The notes under the pieces were generated by a model that did not search any database, had not been told where the DNA came from, and worked only from the letters and a program-made list of their open reading frames with translations. The translations under genes and the position numbers were made by a program. From Octopus sinensis (Eukaryota): a stretch of 64,000 nt of DNA. Position 1 is the stretch's first letter; each line of letters opens with the position of its first letter. This document shows positions 36,879 through 50,248 of this stretch, one piece after another. The stretch spans positions 81,654,001 through 81,718,000 of the forward strand of contig NC_043002.1 of the NCBI RefSeq assembly GCF_006345805.1, read 5' to 3'.

Positions 36879-38245
36879 TACAATTTAAAGATTCTTTTTT
36901 TCTATGAATAAGTTACGATTAAAATTACAGTAAAAATTTAAATGTTGGATGATATCACATTGCCACATGCAATGTATCTCCTGAAGGAAAGTCACCCCAC
37001 CACCAGGGTAGAACCTTTGCTTTTTTTCCGGGGCTCCACTTACTTGGTGCCAATCACTCCCAGCTTTCTTGCCACAAGTTTCCATCATTTCTCGAATCCT
37101 TCTCGTGACAGGTACCACTTCTCCAGCCTGATCTTACTACTGAGGTGATAACTAAAAAAGTTAACCAACCCCAGGCCGGATACAAAGGTAGCCGTCACTA
37201 TTCCTTTCACACGCGTCTTCCATACTGTTTCTTTCAGCATGGTTACTACGCGGAAAAAGGTAAGTTTTCCTCTCCCTTTTGAGGGAATGAGGCGGTACAA
37301 TCTCGATGATAGACACAGCCGATAGCTGTACTCTTCCCATCGATGTCAACAGTTGTTCTGCGAAATATTGCAGTCCCGTTAATTCCAGACAATCCACAAA
37401 TGCGTGCAAGACGGCTTCCCTGTCATGCCCGCACCTCGGACATGGCGAGATGGCACTTCCGTGCCTTGACAGTTTATCGCAAACAGGTAACGCCGCACAG
37501 AAGCACTGCCAAGCCAGTGATTTCTGGTAATTATCCAGATACCACGACCCGAAAGCTCTCCTGAACAGATTGATCAACTGATTTTCATCATAGCCCAGGG
37601 TATCTCCCAAGGCGTCTTCGGACATAATCTCCACTAACCCGCTATAAAAATCCGTGGTGAAACTCCTGCTGCCGGCATTGCCCACCCGAGAGAGCAAATG
37701 AAGTGCCTGACGGCACTCCAATTGCCAGTTCCCCAGCCTAGTCTCTGCTTGATCCATGTACCAATGTCCGTTAAGGACGTTAACTGCGGAAGATAGAACC
37801 GGACATGCAGTTTCTTCACCATTTTACGTTTTTCTGTCTTTGTTTGTCCCCTGCACTCCATCTAGGTAAAACCAGAGGTGGCTCAACCTTAACGCGAATT
37901 TTCGCATCTTCAGCCAAGGCATCCCTAGCTCACCCTTAAGCGGTTTCTGGCAGCAGACAGAACGCTTCACATGTGGCTTTCCTCCCTTCCACAAAAAGCG
38001 GAAAATGATTCTCTCCAACTTGTTCAGCCACAAATTGGGGCAACGCACTACAGTCAGACGGTGGGTGATTAATGATACTATAAACATTTGCACCACCTCC
38101 GCCCTCCCTAGCAAGGATAAAGCCCGCCCAGACCATGTCTGGGTCAGAGCAGTCACCTTGCTGGCCACCTCACTCCAATTTTTCTGTATCTGGAGGTCTG
38201 GACCTACCCAGACTCCGAGCAGCTTCACAGGACCCTCCGCCAACA
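36879..38245 (-). mobile_element. L1/Tx1-like LINE ORF2 3' fragment
   Basis: GPVKLLGVWVG...WSGRALSLLGRAEVVQMFIVS...FRFLWKGGKPHVKRSVCCQKPLKGELGMPWL, followed by LPVCDKL...CPRCGHDREAVLHAFVDC (zf-RVT-like). Frameshifted. Confidence 0.9.
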
Positions 38246-38775
38246 TCAACACCACTCTTTTTGAGAGTGCATTTTTCTTTAATAATTTCGACCGAATACT
38301 TGGTCGAAATTAATTCAATAAGCACAAAGATATCGCTGCCGCTTAAAGTGGAAGCCTATAATAATTTTTCCTCTAATAGAGGATAATAGTTCCAAAGCCA
38401 CCCACCGCTGAGGGTGGGACACAAAAACTAAGTCTAAAACGATTTAAAAACAGTTTGAATTTTTACATAAAATTCAAAATACAATGTCACAATGGCCACA
38501 GAAATATATTAAACAGTTCCTATTTCCCGGTATACCGGGGAATAGTAAAAATAAATACAGATCAACAAACACAACAACGCTAATAATCCAAACAAAGGAA
38601 TCCATCAATAGCAAAACGCTTAACAGCACAAAAAATCCGACCACGTCGTGCGACCGAATGGAAGCTTTTTACCACACAGTCACTCCTGCGGCCTATATAT
38701 ATATATATAATTGACAAAAACACAACAAACGAAAATATTTCAAAAATATAAAAAGTAGAAAATTTGTGTATATAT

Positions 38776-38936
38776 AGGAGTGGCTGTGTGGTAAGTAGCT
38801 TGTTTACCAACCACATGGTTCCGGGTTCAGTCCCACTGCGTGGCACCTTGGGCAAGTGTCTTCTACTATAGCTTCGGGCCGACCAAAGCCTTGTGGGTGG
38901 ATTTTGTTGACGGAAACTGAAAAGAAGCCGATCGTA

Positions 38937-39002
<66 letters not shown>

Positions 39003-39214
39003 TGTATGTTTGTGTGTCTGTGTTTGTCCCCCCAACATCACTTGACAACCGATGCTGGTGTGTTTACGTCACCGTAACTTAGCGGTTCGGCAAAAGAGAC
39101 CGATAGAATAAGTACTAGGCTTACAAAGAATAAGTCCTGGGGTCAATTTGCTCGACTAAAAGCGGTGCTCCAGCATGGTCACAGTCAAATGACTGAAACA
39201 AGTGAAAGAGTAAA

Positions 39215-39218
<4 letters not shown>
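38776..39218 (+). mobile_element. Full-length SINE family A
   Basis: Same architecture as 17240-17705. Confidence 0.92.
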
Positions 39219-39248
<30 letters not shown>

Positions 39249-39674
39249 GAATATACACGCGCGCGCACACTCATACTTATTTATACACATATAGCTATTT
39301 ATGTATATGGCTAGCTAGGTTATTGTACTGAATTCACATTACGTCATGTTATTTGACATTGCACTAATTGCACTGTGCTGTTAACCTTAACCTTCCATTG
39401 TTATTGTTGTTATAATTCTTCAATTATTGTTATATCTGGAATGTGGGTTGCAGGGGCAGATGAGGAATAAGTAATTTATATCAGCGATGTACTGGTGGTG
39501 GTGGTGGTGGTGGTGGTGGTGGTGGTGGTGGTAAGGGTCGCCGTTGTGGTGGTAAGGGTCGTCGTGGTCGTCGTGCTGGTTGTTGTTGTTGTGGTGATGG
39601 TGGTGGTGGTGGTGGTGGTGGCGGTGGTGGTGGTGAGTTTTGTTGTTATTCTGTTTACTGCATACTAGTGTCTT

Positions 39675-39694
<20 letters not shown>

Positions 39695-39714
<20 letters not shown>

Positions 39715-40281
39715 TATGTGTTTGTCTGTGTTTGTCTGTGTTTTGAATTAAGTTATTTGTTTTCATAGCGAAAAATAATTAACGACCAAGGAATTCTATA
39801 CAGAGAGTAGAAAAAATCTATTACATAATGCCCGTCAAATGGGATATTAATTATATATATATATATACACGCGCATATATATGCATATACATATATATAT
39901 ATAATATACATATATTATATATATATATATATATATAGTCAATAAATGGTGGGGTTGTGTTGACCGCACGTGGAGAAATGATAAGCAATGAAAAATTGTA
40001 AAAATGCAGAATGCTCGATTGAAAGAAAATTTTAATGAATTGAGAAAATGAAAAAATATATGGTTGAATAAATATATATTTAAATATTTTTTCATTTTCT
40101 CAACTCATTAAAATTTTCTTTCAATCGAGCATTCTGCATTTTTACAATTTTTCATTGCTTATATGTATATATATATATATAGTCAATAATAATCCAGAAA
40201 CGGTGTTCTCAAGTAATCGATGTACGAGTGATCTTTCGTTGTTTTTCCCTCTATACCTACGTGAATTATTTTTGAGTATAC

Positions 40282-40316
<35 letters not shown>

Positions 40317-40515
40317 GTGTGTGTGTGTGTGTGTGTTTGTATGTGTTTGTCTGTGTTTGTCTGTGTTTTGAATTAAGTTATTTGTTTTCATAGCGAAAAA
40401 TAATTAACGACCAAGGAATTCTATACAGAGAGTAGAAAAAATCTATTACATAATGCCCGTCAAATGGGATATTAATTATATATATATATATACACGCGCA
40501 TATATATGCATATAC

Positions 40516-40560
<45 letters not shown>

Positions 40561-40904
40561 GGTCAATAAATGGTGGGGTTGTGTTGACCGCACGTGGAGA
40601 AATGATAAGCAATGAAAAATTGTAAAAATGCAGAATGCTCGATTGAAAGAAAATTTTAATGAATTGAGAAAATGAAAAAATATATGGTTGAATAAATATA
40701 TATTTAAATATTTTTTCATTTTCTCAACTCATTAAAATTTTCTTTCAATCGAGCATTCTGCATTTTACAATTTTTCATTGCTTATATGTATATATATATA
40801 TATAGTCAATAATAATCCAGAAACGGTGTTCTCAAGTAATCGATGTACGAGTGATCTTTCGTTGTTTTTCCCTCTATACCTACGTGAATTATTTTTGAGT
40901 ATAC

Positions 40905-40945
<41 letters not shown>
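39695..40945. repeat. Near-identical ~625-bp tandem duplication, each unit containing a 79-bp-arm hairpin
   Basis: gaattaagtt at 39745 and 40370. Hairpins at 39981-40162 and 40605-40785. Confidence 0.95.
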
Positions 40946-40947
<2 letters not shown>

Positions 40948-41283
40948 AAGGCACATGGCTCAGTGGTTAGAGCGTCGAGCTTACGATCGTGAGGTTGTGA
41001 GCTAGAATTTCGGACCGGGCTGCGTGTTGTGTTCTTCAGCAAAACACTTTATTTCACGTTGCTCCAGTTCACTCAGCTGTAGATATGAGTTGCGACGTCA
41101 CTGGTGCCAAGCTGTATCGGCCGTTGCCTTTCCCTTGGATAACACTGTTGGCGTGGAGAGGGGAGGCCGGTATGCATGGGCGACTGCTGGTCTTCCATAA
41201 ACCACCTTGCCCGGACTTGTGCCTGGGAAGGTAACTTTCTAGGTGCAATCCCATGGTCTGTGTCGTGACCGAAGGGGGTCTCA
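40948..41283 (+). mobile_element. tRNA-derived SINE family E
   Basis: aaggcacatggctcagtggttagagcg...ttgctccagttcactcagctgtag...gtgcaatcccatggtc. A second copy lies at 52844-53175(+). Confidence 0.85.
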
Positions 41284-41299
41284 GAATATATATATATAT

Positions 41300-41377
<78 letters not shown>

Positions 41378-41741
41378 TAGAGAGAGAGAGAGAGGAGCGA
41401 GAGAGAGAAGCAATTAAGCGGATAAGCAATCTAAATATATTAAATATAACACTCTGGGTATGAAATACAAAATATGTATATAAGTGTACATGCAAAACGA
41501 GAGAAGGCAAAGAATGAAGAGTTCCAGACGAGGAATATTTAAAGTATAAATATGTAGATATTTATATTGATAGATCAAATTTACACAGAGTACAAGCGAC
41601 AGAGAAAATGGGGGCTCGGAGATCCGTCATAATGTTGGTAGATAGAGTTCATTACAATATGCAGACCATAATGGAAGCCTCCATCAACAGAGAAGAGGTC
41701 TTACATTTCAGATCATGATGCAGAGACGTTCAAAGGTGGAA

Positions 41742-41780
<39 letters not shown>

Positions 41781-41784
<4 letters not shown>

Positions 41785-42082
41785 CGTCACCGTCACCGTC
41801 ACCGACTAGGCAATCAGATGTTGCTACACATCGCTGGTCACAATGCGCTTCGCATTGTTTTAGCCTTCAAATGACGCCACCCCGCTGGCTAAGCGGGCAG
41901 GCCAACAGAAGAAACAGTGAGAGAAAGTTGTGGCGAAAGAGTACAGCAGGGTTCGCCACCACCCCCTGCCGGAGCCTCGTGGAGCTTTAGGTGTTTTCGC
42001 TCAATAAACACTCACAACGCCCGGTCTGGGAATCGAAACCGCGAGTCCGCTGCCCTAACATATATATATACATTGCGCCTCC
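41781..42082 (-). mobile_element. SINE family C head/body with RTE-like tail and (ACGGTG)n end
   Basis: Head ggaggcgcaatg at 42082 and downward. Tail gcattgtgaccagcgatgtg...ctagtcggtgacggtgacggtga. A related decayed copy lies at ~48470-48700(-). Confidence 0.9.
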
Positions 42083-42091
42083 ACCTATATA

Positions 42092-42153
<62 letters not shown>

Positions 42154-42182
42154 ATATATAATATATATATATAATATATATA

Positions 42183-42216
<34 letters not shown>

Positions 42217-42426
42217 CGTAGTAAATGCGCTAAGCAGTGTTTACGTATAATCACCATACGTTTGTCACTTAGTATGTATGTATGTATGTATGTATGTATG
42301 TATGTATGTATGTATGTATGTATGTATGTATGTATGTATGTATATGTATGTATGTATGTATAGACGCTTATGAATTTGTTTTGCAAGATTCGTGATGTAA
42401 ACCGAACGGGAGAAAACACGTGGGGT

Positions 42427-42469
<43 letters not shown>

Positions 42470-42719
42470 ATATAATCTTTTACGAGCTTCATTCATTAGA
42501 ATGCGTCCGTGCTGGGCTACTGCCTTGAAGAATGGACAAAGGTAGTACGAATTTTTACTTCCCCGAAAATTAGCGGTTGGGCAAATAGGATCGACGGAAA
42601 ATATGCTACTCATTTAATAATTACAAGAGTACATTTTTTGCGATTTAATCATTGGAGGCGATGCAACCAGCATAGTCATAGTCCAATGACTGAAGCAAGT
42701 AGATCAATAAAAGTATATA

Positions 42720-44147
42720 TCAGGTCATCCCATAGGTTCCACGATGGTCTTTGAACGGCTTAATGTGGCAGATGTAGACATCCTTCACGCGTGTTGGAAT
42801 TATTTCAACCATTCTCTAGTAGTAACAATACTCTTTATCTGAAATATCACAGTACGCACAAATAACAAATGAGTTTACATCCTTTAAGTTCTGTCCGATT
42901 TTACCTTTCTTCAAATTGAATGAAATTTAATAGTATTTTAGAATGTCTAATGGAATTTTAAATTATTTTTATGCATTTGTGTACATTTAAACTAATTAAA
43001 TATTATTTTACAGAATAATAGAATTAAAATTTCTTTGATTAAAACCCTTTCTAACATGGAAGTATCCAAAGAGCATTTGAGGCACATAATGCTTTATTAG
43101 TACAAAAAAAGGAAACTCTGCAGCAGAAGCGACTCGAAACATACATTCAGTTTATGCGAAAGAATGATTGGATGAAAGAACTTGAAGATGGTTTGCAAAA
43201 AGTGGAGATTTCAGCCTTGAAGATGAAGATCGAACAAGACATCCAGTTGAGTTTGATGATATGCTCCTTGGGGTATTATTTGAAGAAAATCCTGCATTAT
43301 CAGCTGAAGAATTGGCAATAAAGCTTAGTTCAAACAATACGACTGTTCATCGTCATCTTCAACAACTTGGAAAGGTTCCTAAACTTGGAAAATGGGTACC
43401 TCATGAATTGTCCGAAAGCAACCGTAAATCTCGAGTTGACATCTGCTCTTCTCTCCATTCTCGCGAACTCATTTCACCCTTTTTGGATAGACTTTTGACT
43501 GGTGACGAAAATGGATCGTCTATCGAAATGTTAAACGTCGTAAACAGTCGCTTGGTAAAAAGGAAAAGCTCAACCACAACCGAGAAGGGAACTTCGTGGG
43601 GAAAAAAGTTCTCTCTATTTGGTGCGATTGCAAAGGAGTAATTCACTTTGAATTGTTACCACCTAATGCAACAATCAATGCGCATGTCTACTGTCAGCAA
43701 TTAGAGCGTTTGAACCAAGCTTTGAAGAAGAAAAAAAAACCTGCTTTAGTGAATCGAAAAGGAGTGATGTTTCATCAGGACAATACGCGACCCCACACTG
43801 CAAAGATCACATGACAGAAGGTCGAAGAGCTTGGTTGGGAAAAAATTCCTCATCCACCTTATTTTCCCCGACCTAGCTCCTTCAGACTACCATTTGTTTC
43901 GTAGTTTACAGAATCATTTGGGAGACATAACTTTCGCAAGCCAGGAGGAGGTCGAAACTGACATTTCAGAGTTCTTCACTTTGAAACCAAAAGAGTTTTA
44001 CATTGATGGGATTAAAAAGCTTGTAAATAGATGGAAGTCATAGATAATCAGGGAAAGAACATTGATGATTAAATTTCAATTAAATATAACATTTGATCAC
44101 TTGTTTTCTTTATTCAAAATTCGGACAGAACTTATGGGATCACGTGA
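42720..44147 (+). mobile_element. Near full-length mariner (DD34D-type) element, transposase pseudogene, TA TSDs
   Basis: ATG at 43056 (MEVSKEHLRHIMLY), WVPHEL, LLTGDE, HQDNTRPH, PDLAPSDYHLF. The right TIR ttcggacagaacttatgggatcacgtga matches the left TIR, which is split by a 150-bp insert. Length without the insert is ~1.28 kb. Confidence 0.95.
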
Positions 44148-44330
44148 TATATATACGAAATGGCTATAGTAGAGAAGACACACTCGCCCGAGATGCTACG
44201 CAGTGGGACTAAACTCGGAACCACGTGGTTGTGAAGCAAGCTTCTTACCTCAAAGACACGCCTACACCTGTCATACATATTTGTGATTTTATATTGATAG
44301 GTTTAATTATAGATACTATATTTCTACACT

Positions 44331-44416
<86 letters not shown>

Positions 44417-44973
44417 CTGATAGAGAGGGGTACTTGAAAATACAGGCAAGCGTGAACAGAGAGGCAAGAACTCACACACACACACACACAAACACACATA
44501 CACGCATCCACAGCCACATACATACATGAATACATGAAAGGAGTGATATACAAGTATAGTCATAAATTCTCACCACCACCACCACCGCCGCCGCCGCCCT
44601 CAACCCCTGCTGTATACACAAAAGCACCATATACAAAAGCACATTTACAGATAGTTCGACATTCGAAACTGACATCCCACCCAGCTGCCTCTCATATATA
44701 CGTCACACAGAGTAAACACGCCACGATATGAATATTAACATTAATGATGAGTATGGAACTCCCCCGAGTTGCACTTAGTACCATCGTGACCTCAATCACA
44801 ATCAACATACAGTGAATGAGAAAAGATGAGAAAAGAGGGCATGTAGAGAGCTATATGTGTTTATTACATAAGCAAGCATTCACATACATACATACATACA
44901 TACACACATACATACATACATACATACATATATGGACACGTACGTGTATGTGTATATATATATATATATATAT

Positions 44974-45052
<79 letters not shown>

Positions 45053-45164
45053 CATGCGTACTTATACGCACATGCTTACATACACACATATATGTGTGTA
45101 TATATATATGTGTGTGTGTGTATACATTCATATATGTGCACGTTTGTCTGTGTCCCCACGTATG

Positions 45165-45196
<32 letters not shown>

Positions 45197-45216
45197 TGTA
45201 TGTATGTATGTATATA

Positions 45217-45390
45217 ACTCTGCAGCAGAAGCGACTCGAAATATACATTCAGTTTATGCGAAAGAATGCTTGGTTTGCAGATGGTTTGCAAAAAGTGGAG
45301 ATTTCTGCATCGAACAAGACATCCAGTTGAGTTTGATGATATGCACCTTGAGGTATTACTTGAAGAAAATCCTGCATTATCAGTTGAAGA
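45217..45390 (+). mobile_element. Internal mariner fragment homologous to ~43115-43310
   Basis: aactctgcagcagaagcgactcgaaa...gaagaaaatcctgcattatcag, lying between (TATG)n tracts. Confidence 0.85.
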
Positions 45391-45411
45391 TATGTATGTA
45401 TGTATATATAT

Positions 45412-45813
45412 ATCTCTTATTATAAAAGGCAGATTTTATCTGCCTCCCTTTGTCAGTTATAGAAATCTACAATATAGGATTTCTTCAATTACAATTTACC
45501 TAGCATTTTTAAGAGTAGAATGCATCGGGTTTTGCCAGGTCCAGTTTTTAAAATTTAAACTCCAATTAAGCAAAATTTACAGAAAACTCACATTCTGGTG
45601 TGTATGTCAAATGCTTTTCTTAGTCTGGTTTACAGCACACGCAAACGCACACACACAGTGTGCAACGAATAAAGTGAAACTAGATGTAATATTTGTTTCT
45701 GTCTATCATGCTGATAGATACATGAGTAAAATGTATGGCAAGCTAACAGATAAGAGTGAGTGAAAATGTTCTTGGAAGAGAGTAAATAGCGACAGAGTGA
45801 TTTGAGGAAGACT
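45412..45813 (+). repeat. ~400-bp dispersed repeat, copy 2
   Basis: Homologous to 31480-31877. Confidence 0.85.
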
Positions 45814-46192
45814 AAACTCAAAGTATGAAACAGTGTTTATGTATAAACAGACGACACTTATATAAACCCTTTCGTTACCAAACCGCCCGAATTTACCTAT
45901 TCATATTTAAATGAGAATATCAGAGAGTAATCTCTTTAGTACATTCGTGAAAACACGTATTATACTTTGTAAACACTTCAAATACAGTTTTGTACAAAAA
46001 TCGAAGTGTAATTTTAATTCCGTGAATTATGGGAGATTTTTTCCGAAATTTGTTCCTATTGTGTTTTCAAAATTTGTAATTCTGACAAAAAATGGATACG
46101 AATTTCATTATATCAAGCAGCGAGTCAGAATTCGAAGGATTTTCTACTGAATACCTTCATAAATCTAACTCTATGACTGAAAAAAAAAAGCA

Positions 46193-46589
46193 TCTTTATA
46201 TAAGAGTGAAGTTGTGTGTCTGTCTCCTACGATTTAGATTCGTAACTACTCCCACATTTTGCGGTGCAGTTGAACCAAAAGCGGGTATCTTATAGTCGTG
46301 ATTCATATCGAGCCCTTCTGGGTATTAGCGCGCGTCTACGATGAGTCTACGATTTTTAAAAAATTTACCATCATATTTTTCCATTTTAATGCATTTTTTT
46401 CGCTTTTATATAAGGGAAGTAACTCTCTAAAGATATCTACGATGTGTCAACGATTTAAAAAAATAATTTACCTTAATTTTTTTTCAATTTTTAATGCATT
46501 TTTTTGCTATTTTTTGGCTATAACTCTCTAAAAATGCTTATATAGTTATTTCCCTTACAAACCCGAGCAACGTCGGGCGATACTGCTAG
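46193..46589 (+). mobile_element. Non-autonomous Helitron (same family as 32987-33623)
   Basis: A|TC start, cccgagcaacgtcggg hairpin, CTAG|T end. Confidence 0.9.
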
Positions 46590-46897
46590 TATATATATAA
46601 ACGGCAAAATGTCTGTGTGTGTGTCCTTTATACAAATCCACAATTTTTCAGTTAGAGGGCTCGCACTTTCTATGGTCATTCAAAACCGTCCAAGGGTGGT
46701 CGTGCACATCTTTACATTTCCCCCAGTCACCCCCGCAAAGCCATTAAAAAATCAATAGAACTGACTTTTTTGTGAATTTTCTATCCAAAACCCAATCAAA
46801 ATGCCCGAAACTTGATACGCCAATTGAATGCCAGCTAGCTGTATGTGATTGGTCGGAGATTTGGACAGTACCCGGCGTTACCGGGTCATAGTGCTAG
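46590..46897 (+). mobile_element. Second non-autonomous Helitron family, directly abutting the first
   Basis: 3' hairpin acccgg-cgtta-ccgggt (46870-46886) and CTAG|T at 46894-46898. The 5' end is tatatatataaacggc, with no clear TC. Confidence 0.75.
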
Positions 46898-46933
<36 letters not shown>

Positions 46934-47105
46934 ATATATATATAATATATATATATATATAATATATATATATCTATATATATATGCATATACATATATT
47001 ATATATACATATATATATACATATATATCTACACATACAAATATGGGTTTGCGTATATAGATAGATATGTGCGCAGGTATATATAGAAATGTATGTGTAT
47101 GTAGG

Positions 47106-47206
<101 letters not shown>

Positions 47207-47479
47207 GTAAGTATATATGTATGTGGATATATATGTATACACATATATATAGATATGTATATATATGTATATAGATAATAATCCATGGGTGGAATTTATG
47301 ATTATTTCAATATATTGCTACACGCGTTTCGACAATTTGGGATGATTACAATACAATCTCTAATATCCATAGACATCAGGTGGGACTTTGTTCATGCATT
47401 CATATCTACAGGTGATATAGCATTAAAGTTGGAAGTAACGAATGTTCCATCTCCATCAATTACAATAAAAATAATAATC

Positions 47480-47510
<31 letters not shown>

Positions 47511-47936
47511 CATCATCATCATCATCATTATTATTATTATCTTACGTTAGGTCGGTACAGCTCGGTACGATCCCATAAAACTTTTGTTGCAAGTTGGAAT
47601 CACTAGCTGTAGCCGACCATATTCACATAGGAGCTTATTATACAGGCGTTATTCATTACAATTCGTCTTGACCTAACGGCCCTTAATGTTTGTCTTCGTC
47701 GAATGCTTACTTTGTACGTCCACTCTGTCGTTCTTTGTTAGTTCGACGCTCTAACTCTCCATAAATTTTCTATTTTAAAAATTTCTGGATGTTGCTGTCT
47801 TCTGAAAATCCCTGTAGTGTCGTTAAAAGCATGAAATAGGAGTAATAAACAGTGCCACAACTGATGAGGAGTTATCTTCTCTTGATATTTTGTCCTGTTA
47901 TTTTTCCCTCGTGTGTTCACGTACTTTTCACTATAC

Positions 47937-48102
47937 AGGAGTGGCTGTGTGGTAAGTAGCTTGCTTACCAACCACATAGTCCCGGGTTCAGTCCCACTGC
48001 GTGGCACTTTGGCCAAGTGACTTCTACTATAGCCTCCGGCCGACCGAAGTCTTGTGAGTGGTAGACGGAAACTGAAAGAAGCCCATCATATATATGCATA
48101 TG

Positions 48103-48136
<34 letters not shown>

Positions 48137-48365
48137 GTGTGTTTGTGTGTTTGTGTGTCTGTGTTTGTCTCCCCACCCTACATCGATTGACAACCGATGC
48201 TGGCATGTTTTCGTCCCCGAAACTTAGCGGTTCGGCAAAAGAGACTGATAGAATAAGTACTAGGCTTACAAAGAATAAGTCTTGGGGTCGATTTGCTCGA
48301 CTAAAGGCGATGCTCCAGCATGGCTACAGTCAAATGACTGAAACAAGTAAAAGAGTAAAAGAGTA
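47937..48365 (+). mobile_element. Full-length SINE family A
   Basis: Same architecture as 17240-17705. Confidence 0.92.
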
Positions 48366-48367
48366 TG

Positions 48368-48403
<36 letters not shown>

Positions 48404-48885
48404 TACATATAGACATATCATGTAATACGCACACACATGCATATATCGTGATCACGTGTCCAACAAGACTATCAGATGATGGTATACATCGCTGGTCACA
48501 ATGTTCTTTGCATCAATTTAGCCTTCGAATGGCGTCAGCCTGCTGGTTAGGTGAGCAGCCAACATTCTCCACTCCTAATCAAAAACGGGTGCTTGGAGAA
48601 ATGAATTGTTTTGCTCAGGAAACACAACACTCCCTGGTCTGGGAATCGAACCACGATCTAGCGTCGTTAGTGCATCAGCCTAACCACTAGACCGTACGCC
48701 TTCACACACACCACACACACATACAGGTACTCACACATACACACAGGTGCACGCGTGCGCGCACACACACTGTGTCACGCAGAGATCCATCGCCAATGTG
48801 TGTGAGGTAGAGTGAGAGAGAGAAAGAGAGAGAGAGAGAAAGAGGGAGAGAGAGACGGAAAGAGAGTCCTAGTGTAACTTTTTGA

Positions 48886-49320
48886 GGATCTTTTCGGTTT
48901 GAACGGCAGTTTTTTCTAGCGGTGTCATATGAAATTGTCACCCATAATTATGATCCTAGTATCGATCTATTGCATTTCAATCTGTTTTAGGGTTAGTTAG
49001 GGTTAGGGTTAGGGTTAGGGTTAGGGAGAAGAATATCTTTTTTTCTTCACAAATGTAAATAAACCCAATCTGTTTCTTAAATGAGGGACATATTCATACG
49101 GCACAGAATGTTTTTTTTTACCTCAATAGACGTCACTGATTGGTTGAAATTGCAGAAATTGAAGAAAAAAAACAACAAATAGCTTACAAACTATAGAATT
49201 TTCTCGATAAAGCCAAGAGAAAAAGATGTTTTATAAACACATTCTACCAGTCTACGAAGTTTTAAATTTTTTAGTTACCTAGAAATTATTTTAAGAACTG
49301 CCGTTCAAACCGAAAAGATC
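48886..49320. mobile_element. TIR MITE carrying (TTAGGG)n, 9-bp TSD (Mutator-like by TSD length)
   Basis: TIRs gatcttttcggtttgaacggcagtt / aactgccgttcaaaccgaaaagatc. ACTTTTTGA at 48877-48885 and 49321-49329. Internal ttagggttagttagggttagggttagggttagggttaggg. Confidence 0.88.
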
Positions 49321-49969
49321 ACTTTTTGAATTAGCCGACGAGCTTTTACTAATTAATTTCGCACAAAAGATACGGGGATCGATCGAGTGAAACATCCCAC
49401 GCAGCAGAATCGAAACTACGACCTGGTGATTGCATTATTGCGCAACGACCTTATTAAGTCAATCGACCTTAAAGTGCTTGCAAGTCACACACACACACAC
49501 ACACACACGTAATTATACACGCGCGCACTCACGAACAGTCACGCATGTAGATGGCCATCCATGCACGCATATAAATGGAACAGTTGAGGCGGATTTGTTC
49601 GAATCCCCCTTTAAGGCGGTGCTCCAGCATGGCTACCGTCCTATAACTGGAAACAAGTAAAAGATAAAAGATATAATAGTGAGCTTACATATTTTAGATC
49701 TCTTAATTCATGTTTTAATTTCCTTTGATGTTGAATACAATAACAATGTCCCTTTTGACCTCTACGTACTTATCTACGGATGTATATATGCATCTATCTA
49801 TCTGTCTCTGTATGTATGTGTATTAAATTACTGGAGTGTTACATGTAAGAATATATACATGCATATTTATATATACATATGTACGTACACACACACACAT
49901 ACACACACACACATACGTGTGTTTGTTTCTACATATATATATATACGTGTTTGTTTCTATATATAAATG

Positions 49970-50001
<32 letters not shown>

Positions 50002-50104
50002 TACATACGTGCGTTTGTTTCTACACACATATATATATATATAATATATATATATATACACACATCCATATATATATATATATGTAGAAAAAAACACACA
50101 AATA

Positions 50105-50150
<46 letters not shown>

Positions 50151-50212
50151 TCCATATATATATGTAGAAACAAACACACGAATATATATGTATATATATA
50201 TATATGGTAGTG

Positions 50213-50248
<36 letters not shown>

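Noticed and set aside
47315-47385. Hammerhead-like GAAACGCGU...CUGAUG on the minus strand
   Set aside because: The core reads CUGAUGU, the cleavage triplet would end in G, and stems I and II do not pair. At best an unrecognisable relic.
48985-49026. True telomere or chromosome fusion site
   Set aside because: The TTAGGG tract is short and lies inside a TIR element that is repeated at 58349-58787.
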